Shown here in pieces: positions 41,116 through 53,300 of a stretch of 64,000 nt of DNA. The stretch's first letter is position 1. Each line of letters begins with the position of its first letter. The position numbers and the translations under genes were made by a program. The stretch is taken from contig CM102287.1 of assembly GCA_046563655.1 (NCBI GenBank), positions 3,782,001 to 3,846,000 on the forward strand, read 5' to 3'. The stretch comes from Yuukianura sp. NJ FZ-2021. Lineage: Eukaryota. Below the pieces are notes generated by a model that saw only the letters and a program-made list of their open reading frames with translations, searched no databases and had not been told where the DNA came from.

Positions 41116-43391
41116 TCAGTATTTGATATTTTTCGGTAGTTCCATGTTTTTGAACAGTTCTTCTTCACATGGTTCGAAATCAACCGTCGTTGGGTCCGGT
41201 TCACGAAACTGTGCCGTTCCGGTTCGGTAGTACGTCAGAAACGGTTCACCCAGTTCGTCCAATTCCTTTTGACTTTTGATTGTACCGCGGGGAATGAAAC
41301 CGAGCAGTTTCGGTCCGTGTTCTTGCAAAAGTTTTCGGCGTTCGATATCAATCAAGTCTTGTCTGCAGCAAGGTAAGAAACCGGATTTGAAATTTTTGAA
41401 ACTTTTTTGAAAATTTTTGAAAATTTGAGAAATACCGTCTCTTTTCCTCTTCTTCAGCACAATGACGAATCTCCAGTTCCTTTTCACGCTCTTGAGCGCG
41501 AAGTGCTCGACGCTCTGCTATCATTTCTTCAACTTTGAGTCTATGTTCGCGCTCTTTTTGACGACGTTTCGACAGTCCAAGAAGTTCTAACCGATCGTTC
41601 TCAGCAAATTGAAGCATCAACTGCAGAAAATCAACAATCTCGGTACGTTAATTCAAAACTTAAACAAAAATTTTAAAATTTTAAAATTTTTATTACCTGC
41701 TCCTTGAATTTCTCATCTTCTTCTCTATCTGCCGCTAATTTTTCGGCTCTCATTCGTTTTCCTTCCAATTCGGCTTCACGCAACTCCCGTTGTGTACGAC
41801 ACTTCTTTTCAAGCTCTTCAGCTTCTTTTTTACGCACACTTTCTTCCATTTCTTCATCGTGCAGTTCGCGCCGCAAATCTTCAAGCTCTTCCCGGGCAAA
41901 CTGAATTTGCATCATCTGCTCAACGGCTTTCTCAATAATGGCGGCCTTGGCCTTGTCACGCTCGGCTCTCGCTTGGTCGTAAGCAGCCTTCTGCTCTTGT
42001 TTTGTATTCAAGTACTCTGCATCTCTCCTGAAATTGCAAAAAAAATATGAAAATTTTGAAACAGTATTTTCATTTTTTTTGAAAATTTGGCGTTTTGTGT
42101 GCTCCGGGCTTTACTCTTCCTCTTTCTTCTGTCGCATCTTTTCTCTCTGTCGCTGATTCTCTCGAGCTTCCAGGAAATTGTCAATTTCACTTCGGTACAG
42201 TTTGACTTTGTTCGTTTTTTCAATGAGGTCACTGAAATGCGAAAAGTTAAGCATCAGTTTTTTGAAACTTGATTTCTGAAGATGAAATTTTTGAAATTTC
42301 GAAATTCTGGTACTCAATTTCTTCTTTTTTGATCAGTTCCAGGATTTCATCGACCATGGCCTTGTCTCTGTCCAGTTGTTCTTTGTCTTTAGCTGCTTTT
42401 GAAGTGGCATCAGTCAATTGATGTTCCAATTGCTCACGATAGTCGCATTTCATTTTCAATTGAAGTCGCTCTTTCTCGGCTTCTGCTTCGTCGTACTTCA
42501 GTAACGCCTCTTTCAGCATCTCGTACATCTCTTGTTGTCGCATCTTCAAAATTTTCAAAATTTCAAGTTTTTTGGAAAATTCCAAAATTTCCGTTTTCTC
42601 ACTTTTCAGAATTTACCTTTTCTTCAAGTTCCATTGCCTCCCGTTCCAGACGCTGCGCGTGAAGCGTTTTGGCATAGTAAGCTCTGCGTAGCTCATGCTC
42701 CAGATCTCGGATTTCCGGCACACAAGCATGTAATTGTTTTCTAAACAAGAAATCAATTAATCGATTACTGAAATCGGATATCGATTTTGGCAATCTGGAT
42801 TTGCTCCTCGTTAATCGATTAATTGAAGTTACCGAAAAGCAGCGTCACGAATTTCACCTTCTTTCAAGTCCTTCATCGCCTCGGCAAAGTTTTGTTCCTG
42901 AGCGATTTGACGCTGACGATGACACTTGTCCTTCTCGGCCTTCAAACGTAAAATTATGAATATGAAATTGATTTCTTTTTCAAAATTTTGATTTTTTTGT
43001 TTCAAAATTTCAGATTGTACCTTGCAAATGCAGTCCTGCATCATTCGTTCTTCCTTTTCCGTTTGCAGGCGACGGTAGAGCTGACCTTTGCGTACTTCCG
43101 CTTGGAGTTTGTCCCACTTCGTGTTGTCTTTGATCCACTTCTGACGATCTTTCCACTTGGCCAGAAGATCCGCATGGAGGTCATCGAAGTCTGAGGTATG
43201 CAGAATATGCGAATAGGGTTTCGTACCCTTTGGACATGACTAAGAACACAAATCAATTGATTAATCGATTAACTTATGCTAGATATTGATCAAGCTGAGA
43301 CATCTTGGACTTTGGATATATAAATTCTTACTGGATATTCACGATCCAAGGGCTCCCGGATATACTTCTCTTGAAAAGATGTTGAGCACAT
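41116..43391 (-). CDS. MNS1: Meiosis-specific nuclear structural protein 1 (MNS1; coiled-coil axonemal protein), 9 exons, ~539 aa
   Basis: Exons 43391-43332, 43239-43021, 42939-42833, 42740-42617, 42543-42314, 42231-42115, 42027-41697, 41620-41436 and 41362-41116 total 1620 nt in frame. Motifs PEIRDLEHELRRAY, LQFAENDRLELL..KRRQKEREHR and RKLLQEHGPKLLGFIPRG match my recollection of MNS1. The first exon is the least certain. Confidence 0.85.
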
Positions 43392-43939
43392 TGTGAAAAA
43401 ATGGACTTGACCTTTGACCTCTCGATTTCACTGCTACTGAAGTAAACAAGTTTGATTATTGGTGATGATTTGCTTTAGCTTGACACTTGATGACCTTTGC
43501 GTTATTGGTTACAAAAATTATGACAAAAGTTGAGCCAAGATGCTGTTGTTGCTGACAAGAAGTTTGTTGAAGCATCAGTATTAGCATCATAACAACAATT
43601 TCAGTGAAGTTGCTATTGGCAACCACTGTGAGAAAGAGGCGAGGTCAAAGGTCAACGTCAGTTTAGAAATTGTTTAAAACTGCACATAAGTTAATTTAAC
43701 AAGCCGTTCAGTTAATGCACGCTTGTGTTCGTCTGTATTGGATAGCAGTGAGAGTAATCCCGGCAATTTCAATGCAAAGTTTAAGTTTATTAAAAACAGA
43801 AACACATAAAGCAAAGCTGTCAACTTTTTTGAAAATTTTAATTTGATTTTGAAATTAATTATTAATTAACTGAATAATGTTTAAAATAGTTTGATTGATT
43901 TAGTATTTCGGATTGAGTTGGCCACTGTTAATCCAGAAA

Positions 43940-45140
43940 ATGGAGTCAGATATTGAGTCCAATTTGACACAACAGGTACGATCGATGATCGAAAAGTTTA
44001 AAGGTCAAGTTAATTTGACGCTCAAATTTTACCGAACACTTGATATCAGTAATTTGCAATCAATTGAATACTTTTTTTTTGTTATTTTGTAGAAAGAAGA
44101 ACTGGAAGCACTGGAGTCAATTTACGGACCAGACTTTTCAATTGAAGACGAATTTGTGCCAACATTCAGTATCGTTGTACACGTCGGTGACAAGGAAGGT
44201 GAAGAAGCCACCCTCGTCGTGTCATTTTGTCCAGAATATCCAACCGCTGCTCCGCCAACGTTCCATTTGTCCATTCCATGGCTCAGAGGAGCTGAAAAAC
44301 AACGACTGTCATCAGCCCTCGAAGAGATCTACGTGTAAACAGATTTAATTAGTAATTAGAAGTACGGTAATTGAACTATTAATTATTACGGATGCAATTA
44401 ACTATTTGTTCTTCTTAAGTGAGAATCTTGGGAAACCCATTGTGTACAACTGGGTTGAGAAGCTACGGGAGATGCTCCAGGAAAACGTACCGCCGAATCT
44501 ACAACCAGCCGAACCTCTACTTCCGCTGGATATCCACGGACAGAAAGATGTTTGTGCTCCAGGAACTCCATTTGCTACGGCTGATGTACCAAAGTTTGTC
44601 ACTGGAGAGGCATTGACAGATAGGAAGAGTACTTTCCAAGCTCATGTCGCCCGTGTCACTCATCCTGATCAAATCAAGTCAGTATCAGTATCCAAACTTT
44701 TGTAAAAATCAATCATCAATCATCGATTAATCCACATTATGTCCTTGTTCCAGGGCTGCTCTTACTCAACTTCTCCAGATAAAACGGATCTCCTCTGCTA
44801 CCCATAACATGTACGCCTACAGAATCCTTGATGACAAGACTAATGTCTGGTGGCAGGACTGTGACGATGACGGAGAAACTCACGCTGGATCACGACTCCT
44901 TCACTTGCTTCAGGTTCAAAATTAAGTCAAATCAATTAATCATTAATCGTCATTAATCATAAATCAACTTTTCATACCTCCTCTGTCCAGATTCTGAACT
45001 GCCGAAATGTGCTTGTGGTGGTCTCCAGATGGTATGGTGGAATCATGCTTTATGGTGATCGGTTCAAACATATCAACAACGTCGCTCGTCAACTCCTGCA
45101 GGACGAAGGTCTTGTGTCAACTACGAAGTCCAGTCGTTAG
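43940..45140 (+). CDS. IMPACT: Protein IMPACT (RWD + UPF0029 domains; GCN1-binding GCN2 inhibitor), 5 exons, ~281 aa
   Basis: Exons 43940-43975, 44093-44334, 44420-44677, 44754-44913 and 44991-45140. RWD motifs EELEALESIYG and YPTAAPP; ancient-domain motifs DRKSTFQAH, ATHNMYAYRI, DCDDDGETHAGSRLLHLL and VVVSRWYGG..DRFKHINN. Confidence 0.95.
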
Positions 45141-45427
45141 TCACCGGTCGCTGCTGAATTTGCTCAAGTTTTCCTTAAGTGCCAATATCCTCACTTCGAG
45201 ATGTTCCTTTCTAAGATTTGTACAAATTAATTTTTAACTTTTGAGTACAGAGTAACCGTGGTGCCGCTGAATTAAATCTCACAAGTACCCAAATTTCAAA
45301 ATTTACATGATGAAGTTTCGAAAATTACATCCATCGTCGCACCATGGCCATGGATGGACAGTATGCATCGTTCTTCGCGAAAAATGAAACTTGTCCAGTA
45401 GTAAGTGCTGGTCAGCCCTCAGCCGAA

Positions 45428-45487
45428 TACTTTGTCTTTCGGTACTTTGTCGTTCGTTACTTTTTCGTTCGGCACTTTGTCGCTATG
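45428..45487. repeat. 4 x 15-bp tandem repeat
   Basis: tactttgtctttcgg / tactttgtcgttcgt / tactttttcgttcgg / cactttgtcgctatg. Confidence 0.85.
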
Positions 45488-47335
45488 TGTTTTGCCTCCG
45501 ACCGTGTCGTGACAGAGACCGTGGATCGATCGGATCAATTCATTCGCTCAACCGTGCCAAATCGGAAGTCCGATTCAGATTAAGCGTCGTGGATGTCGGA
45601 AGTGGAAGTTTTCCGTGTCGTTAGCCACTGGAACAGATAGATGGTGCACCATAATTCACCGGAGACATTGACATGGAGAACTTCCACAACTTTTTCCAGC
45701 GCTGCTTATTCCTCCACATGTTTTCAAAATCGCTGATTTCCATTTTCTGAAGGTGAAGTTTTTCACTATTTTTAGTTTTCAACAGGAATTCAAACAAGGA
45801 GTACCAGAAACAGAAGATTATACTTGTGGAAGATGTTTTTTCATCATGTCATGTTCGTGACTGATGAGAATAAGAAAGGAAGAGGTCAAAGGTCATTAGC
45901 TCCTCTTGTCATCCGAGTAGATTCATTAGGCAAAGTGGAATTTGATCTTCATAGAAGCGTGTGTCCGGATGAGGTTACCATTGTGGAGGACAATGCGGGT
46001 TTTTGTGGAAGGACAATGGAGATACTGGCAGTAGGACACAGATAATGCTGCCCATTGTGTCATGTTTTTCCTCTGAGTTCCGGAATTGCGTCATTACTAA
46101 TGCAACTTAAAGGCTACGGCAATGGGGTTAAGTGCTGCCGGAGTTTAAAAACCCGGGAGAAAATGCTTCAGCTTCCTTTGAAACCCGGGAGAAAGACGCT
46201 GGAGCGCTGAAACGCTGGAAGTTCCTGGAAGGCTCAGATTACCCCGACCCATTGTCATCTCCAGCACAATGGCATATCCATGTCAACTTTGAGTTTAACC
46301 ACACGAAGCCTCTACGGGACTCATTTATTATGAAGAGTCACGATATACTTGCAGTATTCTGTCATACTGGCATTACATACTGATACTGGCAGTATTTACT
46401 GTCATACTGCCAGTAGCTTCCGGCGAGTGAGAGCGTCCTCGAGTTTTAGAATTAAAAACTCTGTTCTGAAAAATATCCAACAAGAATTCCGTTTTCTCCG
46501 AAATTCGAAATTCCTAATTTTTACTTTAGACGCGGATTTTAGAGGAATAAAAAAGTTTTGGAAAAAAAGTAAAAAGTCTTCAGGAGGAATTCGAACAAAT
46601 TAAAAAACTTCTTTCCTTGTTCTAAACAACCTTTTTTTTTAAAAAAAGAAGCAAGAAGTAGCCTGCTTTCTCCGAGTTCAAAATTTGTTTTGAAGTTTAC
46701 ATCACTCCTTTTTATAAACTTCAAAAATTTCCATTCAAAATGCTTTTGTTTTTCCCAAAAGTGATATTTTATGAAAAAAATAGAGTGAAAATGCACTTTC
46801 CAGAAAAGTTTTCAAAATGAAAAGTTTGTTTTGAGAAACTAATTTGCAAAAATGTTCTTTTTCACTCTCCACCATGATACTTAGCGTTTATTGTTATGTT
46901 TTAGACAGTTTTTTTTTTAGATAATTACTAAAACACTAGACACTTTTTAGCACAAGCTTCATTATTCGAAGATTCATCATTACTCAAAACAGCTAAAAAT
47001 TTTGCCTCTACTCAAAAAGGTCATTGACCTCTAACGTGAAAAATTACTAAAACACTAAGCTATTAACTTTTTTTTTGATACACCATTTTCAGTCGCTGCA
47101 TTTTTCAAAATTTTTAAATTTTCACTCACTAATTCCTTGCTCAAAAAGTTTAGCACGTTTTTCTCAAAAAGGCTACGAAATGTTACGAAAGGTTTTGAGT
47201 TATGGGACTAATTTTTTTGAATTTTATGTTATTATGTTGTTAACTTTCGAAATTTACTTCAAAATTCATTACACTAGTTTTTAAATTAGTAATTCTCACG
47301 ATATTTGGAATTCCACTTTGGGAAAAGTTGTTTTT

Positions 47336-50300
47336 CTAGTTGAGTGCGATGGCTCCAGTTGAGCTGCTGCGACTGTCCTGCAATTAAAAAAAACGAGTGT
47401 TTGAAACCCCGCCAACCCCATCTGGGGTAAGCTGTTGAACCCCACGGGGTCACTGCAAGGTCAACGACCCCATGGGGTACGGAAGCACGCCATTGTTGCG
47501 AAAAGATTGTTTCGAATAAAGATTGTTTCGAATGTGAATAGTTTCGAAGAATAATTGTTTCGAAACACAAATTGTTTAGGGATTAAGGCTTTAGCTTAAT
47601 TTGAATTAGATTAGGCTAATTTACATTAGGTTTAGATAGAGAAATGAGCGTTTCGAAACAATTATTTTGCTGAAATAATTCAATTCGAAACAATTCTATT
47701 CGAAGCAATGGCATGGAACTGGGTCCCTAACTATGGTTTAGCATGGTTTAGCATTATGTTTAGTAGTTGGACATGTTTGGAATTGTTGACCTTTGACCTT
47801 ACCTTGTTTGGACTCCGGGGGTTCCTAGTGTGTGGTGAGACATTGGCGGATGCGGAGTGTTCCGTAAGTTTCTGTGGGATGAGAAGCATTTCGGGGTCAG
47901 AAGGTCGATGTTGTGAGTGATGATTTTTGAGGGAGTAACTACGAGCAGACGAAGTGCTGCGGATTGAAGAGTTGCTTGCCCGTCTGGAGTCTCCTTTGAA
48001 CCAAAATATTTGAACTTTCAACTTTGACCTTTCACTTTGTTGAACGAACGAGAGAGAGAACGGTGCTCCAGAAAAAATGTTCGGAGAATGTACATTTTAA
48101 GCATATAAAAAGTAGCAAGTGAGCCATTGAGTAGACTTTTTAGAAAAGCACAAGTTTTTTGTTTTAAAGTATAAGCAGCGACAGGCAGCTTATTGTTTTT
48201 AGCGTGTAGCAGCAGCCAATGAGCCATTCAGCGATCAGTTCTCTACGCCCTCCGTGACATCCGTGAGGGGTCGAGGAGACTGATGAGTCTGCGCAGAAGG
48301 CGATTTGAATTGGGTGGGGTGGTGGTCACCTGGTCGTGGGCCTGGTGGGGCCAGCATCGACTGCCGCCGGGACCCACCCCCTATGGAACTCCGCTGAGAA
48401 GACTGCCGAGAGTTAGGACCCTCCTGACCATCAGCTGAAACAAAAAAAAACTCAGAGGTCAATGACCTGAAATCTCGGAGGTCAAAGATCATTGACCTGA
48501 AATTGTGGGGGTCAATGACTTGAAATCTTGGACGTCAAAGGTCATGGACATGAAATCTTGGAGGTCAAAGGCCTTTGACGTGAAACTTTCTAGGTCAAGG
48601 GTCATTCACCTCTTGCCATTGATGTCAAAGGTCACTGGCCACTTGGCATTGACCAGAAACTTTCGAGGTTAAAGGTCATTCACCTCTTGCCATTGACTTC
48701 AAAGGTCATTGACCTCTCGACTTTGATCAGAAACTTTTGAGGTCAAAGGTCATTGACCTTTTGCACTTACCATGTTCGGTGACGACGGTGGGAGGAGGGG
48801 CTAGGTGGGCATTTGCGTAGTGATGATGTCGCGGTCCGAATCTCGCTCTCGCAAATATCCTGAGCACCAAGCACGTAAGTCCGCAAAACAGAGTCATTCC
48901 AACGCCAACTCCGATGAATGTCGTGAGGTCACTGTTCGTGTGTTCCCGCTCTAGGAAGGTCAAAGTTCAAAGGTCATTTACTTTTTATAATTTGAATTCC
49001 CGCTAATTTCAAAGTTAAAAGGTTTGAATGAATGAACTTTTTGGAAGTTTTGATGACGAAGTGAAAGCACTTTCACTTTGTGTTACTTCTCACCTGAGTT
49101 AATTACCTCAGCACGTAACTTAATTAAAGCAAATGAACAGTAATTAAACAGATCTGAGGACTCGCTTTCACATTTTTCTTCAAAGGAATCATTTCATACA
49201 AAATCTGTTTGAAAATTTTGATTAAAAGGTTTCAAGTTTCAGGAATCAAGATTAGTTTTTTGACAATTACGTAGCTTTGCCGCTGATTTGCTAAGCTTTT
49301 GCTAAAATTTACTAATTAGTAATTTAATTGTTAAGACTAAGAGCTTAATTAAAAGTAATCAAGATCAAACATTTTGGAGAAAGTTCAAAGTTTACCTTGG
49401 ACACATTTGAGTGTCCCAGCAGTTCTGTCTAAAATACGATGGTAGCCTTGAGCACAAGCACAGAAGGCCTTGTTAGCAACCTGAAAATTTCAAATTTCGA
49501 AAATCAAAATTTTGAATTACAAAAAAAAACTATTTTTTCCATTATCAAACCATATGAACTATCATATCATATCATATGTCAGATCAAACTATGAAAACCT
49601 AGTGAATTCATTTTACCTGTAAACACAATGAATTTTCATCGTTCTCAAGGCACGACCTGTCATTGTAGCACTCCTCCTCGAGTTTGGCAGCTTCAAAATA
49701 GAAAAGCATAACATAAAATTAGGTTAACTTAAAGCTAAGTTAACGTTATGTTATGCCAAAAACCTCAAAAACCACAGTACGTGCCAGAATTCAAATCCTT
49801 TTCCTATGATTCTTCTTTTCAAATCACAAAACCTCTCGTATCTCAAAAAAAATCTCGAATTTCATATTTTCTTTGAGGAAATTCAAGATTTGGTTTCATT
49901 TCTAAGTAAAATGAGTCTTCTAATGTCTCAAATGTTCTTTTTCCAGAGCCAGAGGACACCAAAGTACATAAAATGTGTTAAATAAATATAATAATAAGTT
50001 ATATAGCGTATGAGCAGGAGGGGGCAAATGCTAACAAAGAAAATTGGTTTCATCATGTCTCACTTCCTGGATCTTTGGAGCTGAAAGCAGAAAAGAAGAT
50101 GAGGAAGGTGATCATCATTATTTTGAACAAAGAAAAGGAGAAAGTGATCTTCTGAAAAGACTTTCTCTTTTGATCTTTCTTCATTTCTGGTGGTTTGCTC
50201 TCTCTTTTCTCTTTTCATGCTCAGAAACTGTATCTTAACACAGCTGAGTCATGAACAAAAGAAACTTCGGTGTAATATACACGGCCACTTCCAAAAGACT

Positions 50301-53300
50301 CCGAAATTGCAATTTTTTGTTCCGAAATTGCAAATTTTGAAACATTGTGAACGTATGAAAGTATAAAATACTAATTTGAAGACATAATTAAAAATACAAA
50401 GTTCAACTTAAGTTGGACTCCAAGTAAAAAGTGTCCAAAGATGTTTTTTATGATAAATGAAATTACCTTACAGGTAATGCACTTAAGTGCTACGTTTTAA
50501 CTAAAGTAGTTTCTTGGAAGTTTTGTGTATTAGTAATTTTTTTTGTAATTTTGAAATTTTGAATTTTTTTTTTGAAAATTGTTGAGGTGTGATGAAATTG
50601 GAGTGACGGGGAAGTGGATTATGAGCTGGTGAAAGCAACGATCCGAGTGAAACTGGAGAAATGAGGAGAAAGAAAACCAATTTTTTGGGGTAATAATTCT
50701 TGTTGAAGTTCCAGAATTGAGTGAATTTGAACAAGAATGTACACCATGGTTCAAAAGGCGAAATTTTTAAAAAATAAATCCCGTTTTGACAGTTGGTGTT
50801 AGTTCTCGTTCAAACTTTCTTTTCATGGAACATCCTGTACAGTGGACTACAAAAAAGTTTGAAATCGGACATGTCAAAATTCGGACCGAATTTTTTGAGA
50901 AGATCCAATCAGAGTTTGGGAACTTAAAAGTTAGTGTCTTGTCCAATAATAATGGAAATAGGTAGGACATGGATATGATAACGGACGAAGTGGATATGGC
51001 CCCACCATGAGCAATTTTGGTCCCACCATGCCCCACTAACTTTCTCCGCCGTGATTCCTTTCAGAAGTCATCTCCCAAGAGCTTTGCCTTCCAAGACCTC
51101 TTTCCGTCGCGGCAACTTTTTACGAATTTCAGTTTTTTTGCAAAAGTGAAACTGAATCAAAAGTTCTTGATTTAAAAATTGACTTTCTCCAGAATTTCTC
51201 TCAAAAGTGACTTTCGCCAGATTTTTTTCTCAAAATCTACTTTTCCCAGATTTGCTTTCACAAAAAATACTTTTGCCAATTTTTTGTGTGTCGAAATTGA
51301 AATCTTCCGTTTCCTACTTATGTTTTCTTCTTATCCGAGTAAAAGGAAGCGACATCTTTGAAATTCGAGACTCATGCGTTCCTTTCTATCGCAAACTTCA
51401 CAGTTTCCCGCTGTTAGGTTAGAGTTACCACAGATTAGGTTAACGTTAGGTTTCCATATGTTTCCCTTCCTCTTTTAAAAAGTGGTTGTAATGGCAAGGG
51501 AATTGAATTTACTTAATACTCAAGAGGAGGATGTGTTTGCTTTGAAGGAAATTAAGGAATGGAGTGTATGAAATGTCCTATTTTGCCTTTGTTGATTCAA
51601 TAAGTCACGAAAGGAATTCAATTTGCACACTTTCTCCCGCCACTTCCATTACTGCTCCCCACCCCCTTTTTAGAAAATGTCGTTTATTTGAACCGGGAAA
51701 TGGGCGCCATGTTTGAATAGACGTCGTTTTAGTACACAAGTACATAGTAGTTACAACAGAAATGGAAATCATTCCAAACATTTTGTATCCAAAACAGTTA
51801 AAACTCAACGGAATCTGCAGTTTCCTAGTATCTCATTCTGCACAGGAAATAGCACAATTTTGAAAATGGCAAAGAGTATAAGCGTTCTCGGATCTTGAAC
51901 CAATCAAAAAACAGGATTTTTTCCACCACTCAAATTCCTTTTTTTCACTATAGTTGGCTATGTCAAGGATAATAGTAAGTTACGATTACTTAATTATGAG
52001 CCACGGAGTGCAACGGAAATCTAATAATCATTTCTCCTTTCGCTTCAACCACAAAAAGCATAGTTACTGTATCTAAAAGTGCAATTCGTTCAACACGGAA
52101 GAGATCAACAAAGGTATATGTAAAGAATAACAAAAAATATCTCAAAAAATCTTCTAAACTTATCACTAAATAAATAGGAAATTTTGTTATACTCGTGTTT
52201 CATATTTTAAAGGTCAACAGGCCAACTTTATTTGAACTGGATAATTGAATCGTAACTAAGATAGAGTACAAGTCACACAAATCTACTGTGTAGGAATTCA
52301 AATTATACGGAGTTTAAATTCAAAATTGGGGTTGGCGTTTAAAAAAAAAATTCATATTTGAAAACCGAAGCCATTATTTTTTTAAGGTCAAGTTTTGTTG
52401 AATTGTTAAAAACAATTCAATTTGTTTTTGGATTCTTTGCTGTTGATGGAATTGTATGTTGAACTAATTGTAAAATACTTCGACATCCATGGATTTTCTT
52501 CTAGTTCATTCTTTTTTTCTTTGTTTCATCTTCATTAGTTTCCGGTTGGAACGTCTAGACTTTCTCTTGCCTTCTTCGACATGAAAAAAGCGGGAAAGAA
52601 AGTCTAAGTTTAAAAAAGAATGTAGACATTTAGAAGAGATTGGTCCATTGAAGCAGATTGAAAAGGAAGCTGTAGTAGAGAAATCAGGAATCTGAGAAGG
52701 GCTTTTCAAATGATCATTTTCTTCCTTCTTTAAACTTGGTCGATCCATTTCAAAATGCATAGTAATTCATTTCCTTTCTCCCCTAAAGTTTACTTACTCT
52801 TCCGTTTTTTAACGTCTCTTCCAGATTTCCTGATTCACTGGCTTCCTCGAAGAGGGAAACTCAAAAAAACGAAGAAAAAAATGGCAGGAAACAAAACTAA
52901 AACTTTCTCCACGCAACTTTCACAAAAATCTGGGCGCAAGGTAGGCAGCAGCTTTTAATCTCAGCTTTGTCTCAAGATTTTCAAACTTTCAAATTTCTTA
53001 TCCTTTTTTATAAGAATTTTCGGGTTTTGTATAAGATGATGATCTTATACAATGTGAACTGAGTTGAACTGAAAGTTGATTAGCTACAAAAAAGTGAGAT
53101 TTTGTGAGGAGGAGCAGATGGAATTGACGCAGATTGTAATAATTCGGAGAAAAGAGAAAGCATGAGGTTTGAATCAAGGAAATTAGGCTTATCCAACCTC
53201 AAAACCTAATGAGCCTCACCTAATCCCATTTCCGTCATAATGGCACAGTGAGCTCCGTTGATTCGGTATTAGACTGAGACTCATGTTAGGCTAAGGTTAG

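Noticed and set aside
45330..46070. GC-richer segment after IMPACT with splice-like sites, as possible extra exons or a small gene
   Set aside because: The frames I checked close quickly and show no motifs. More likely UTR or non-coding sequence with a 15-bp repeat.
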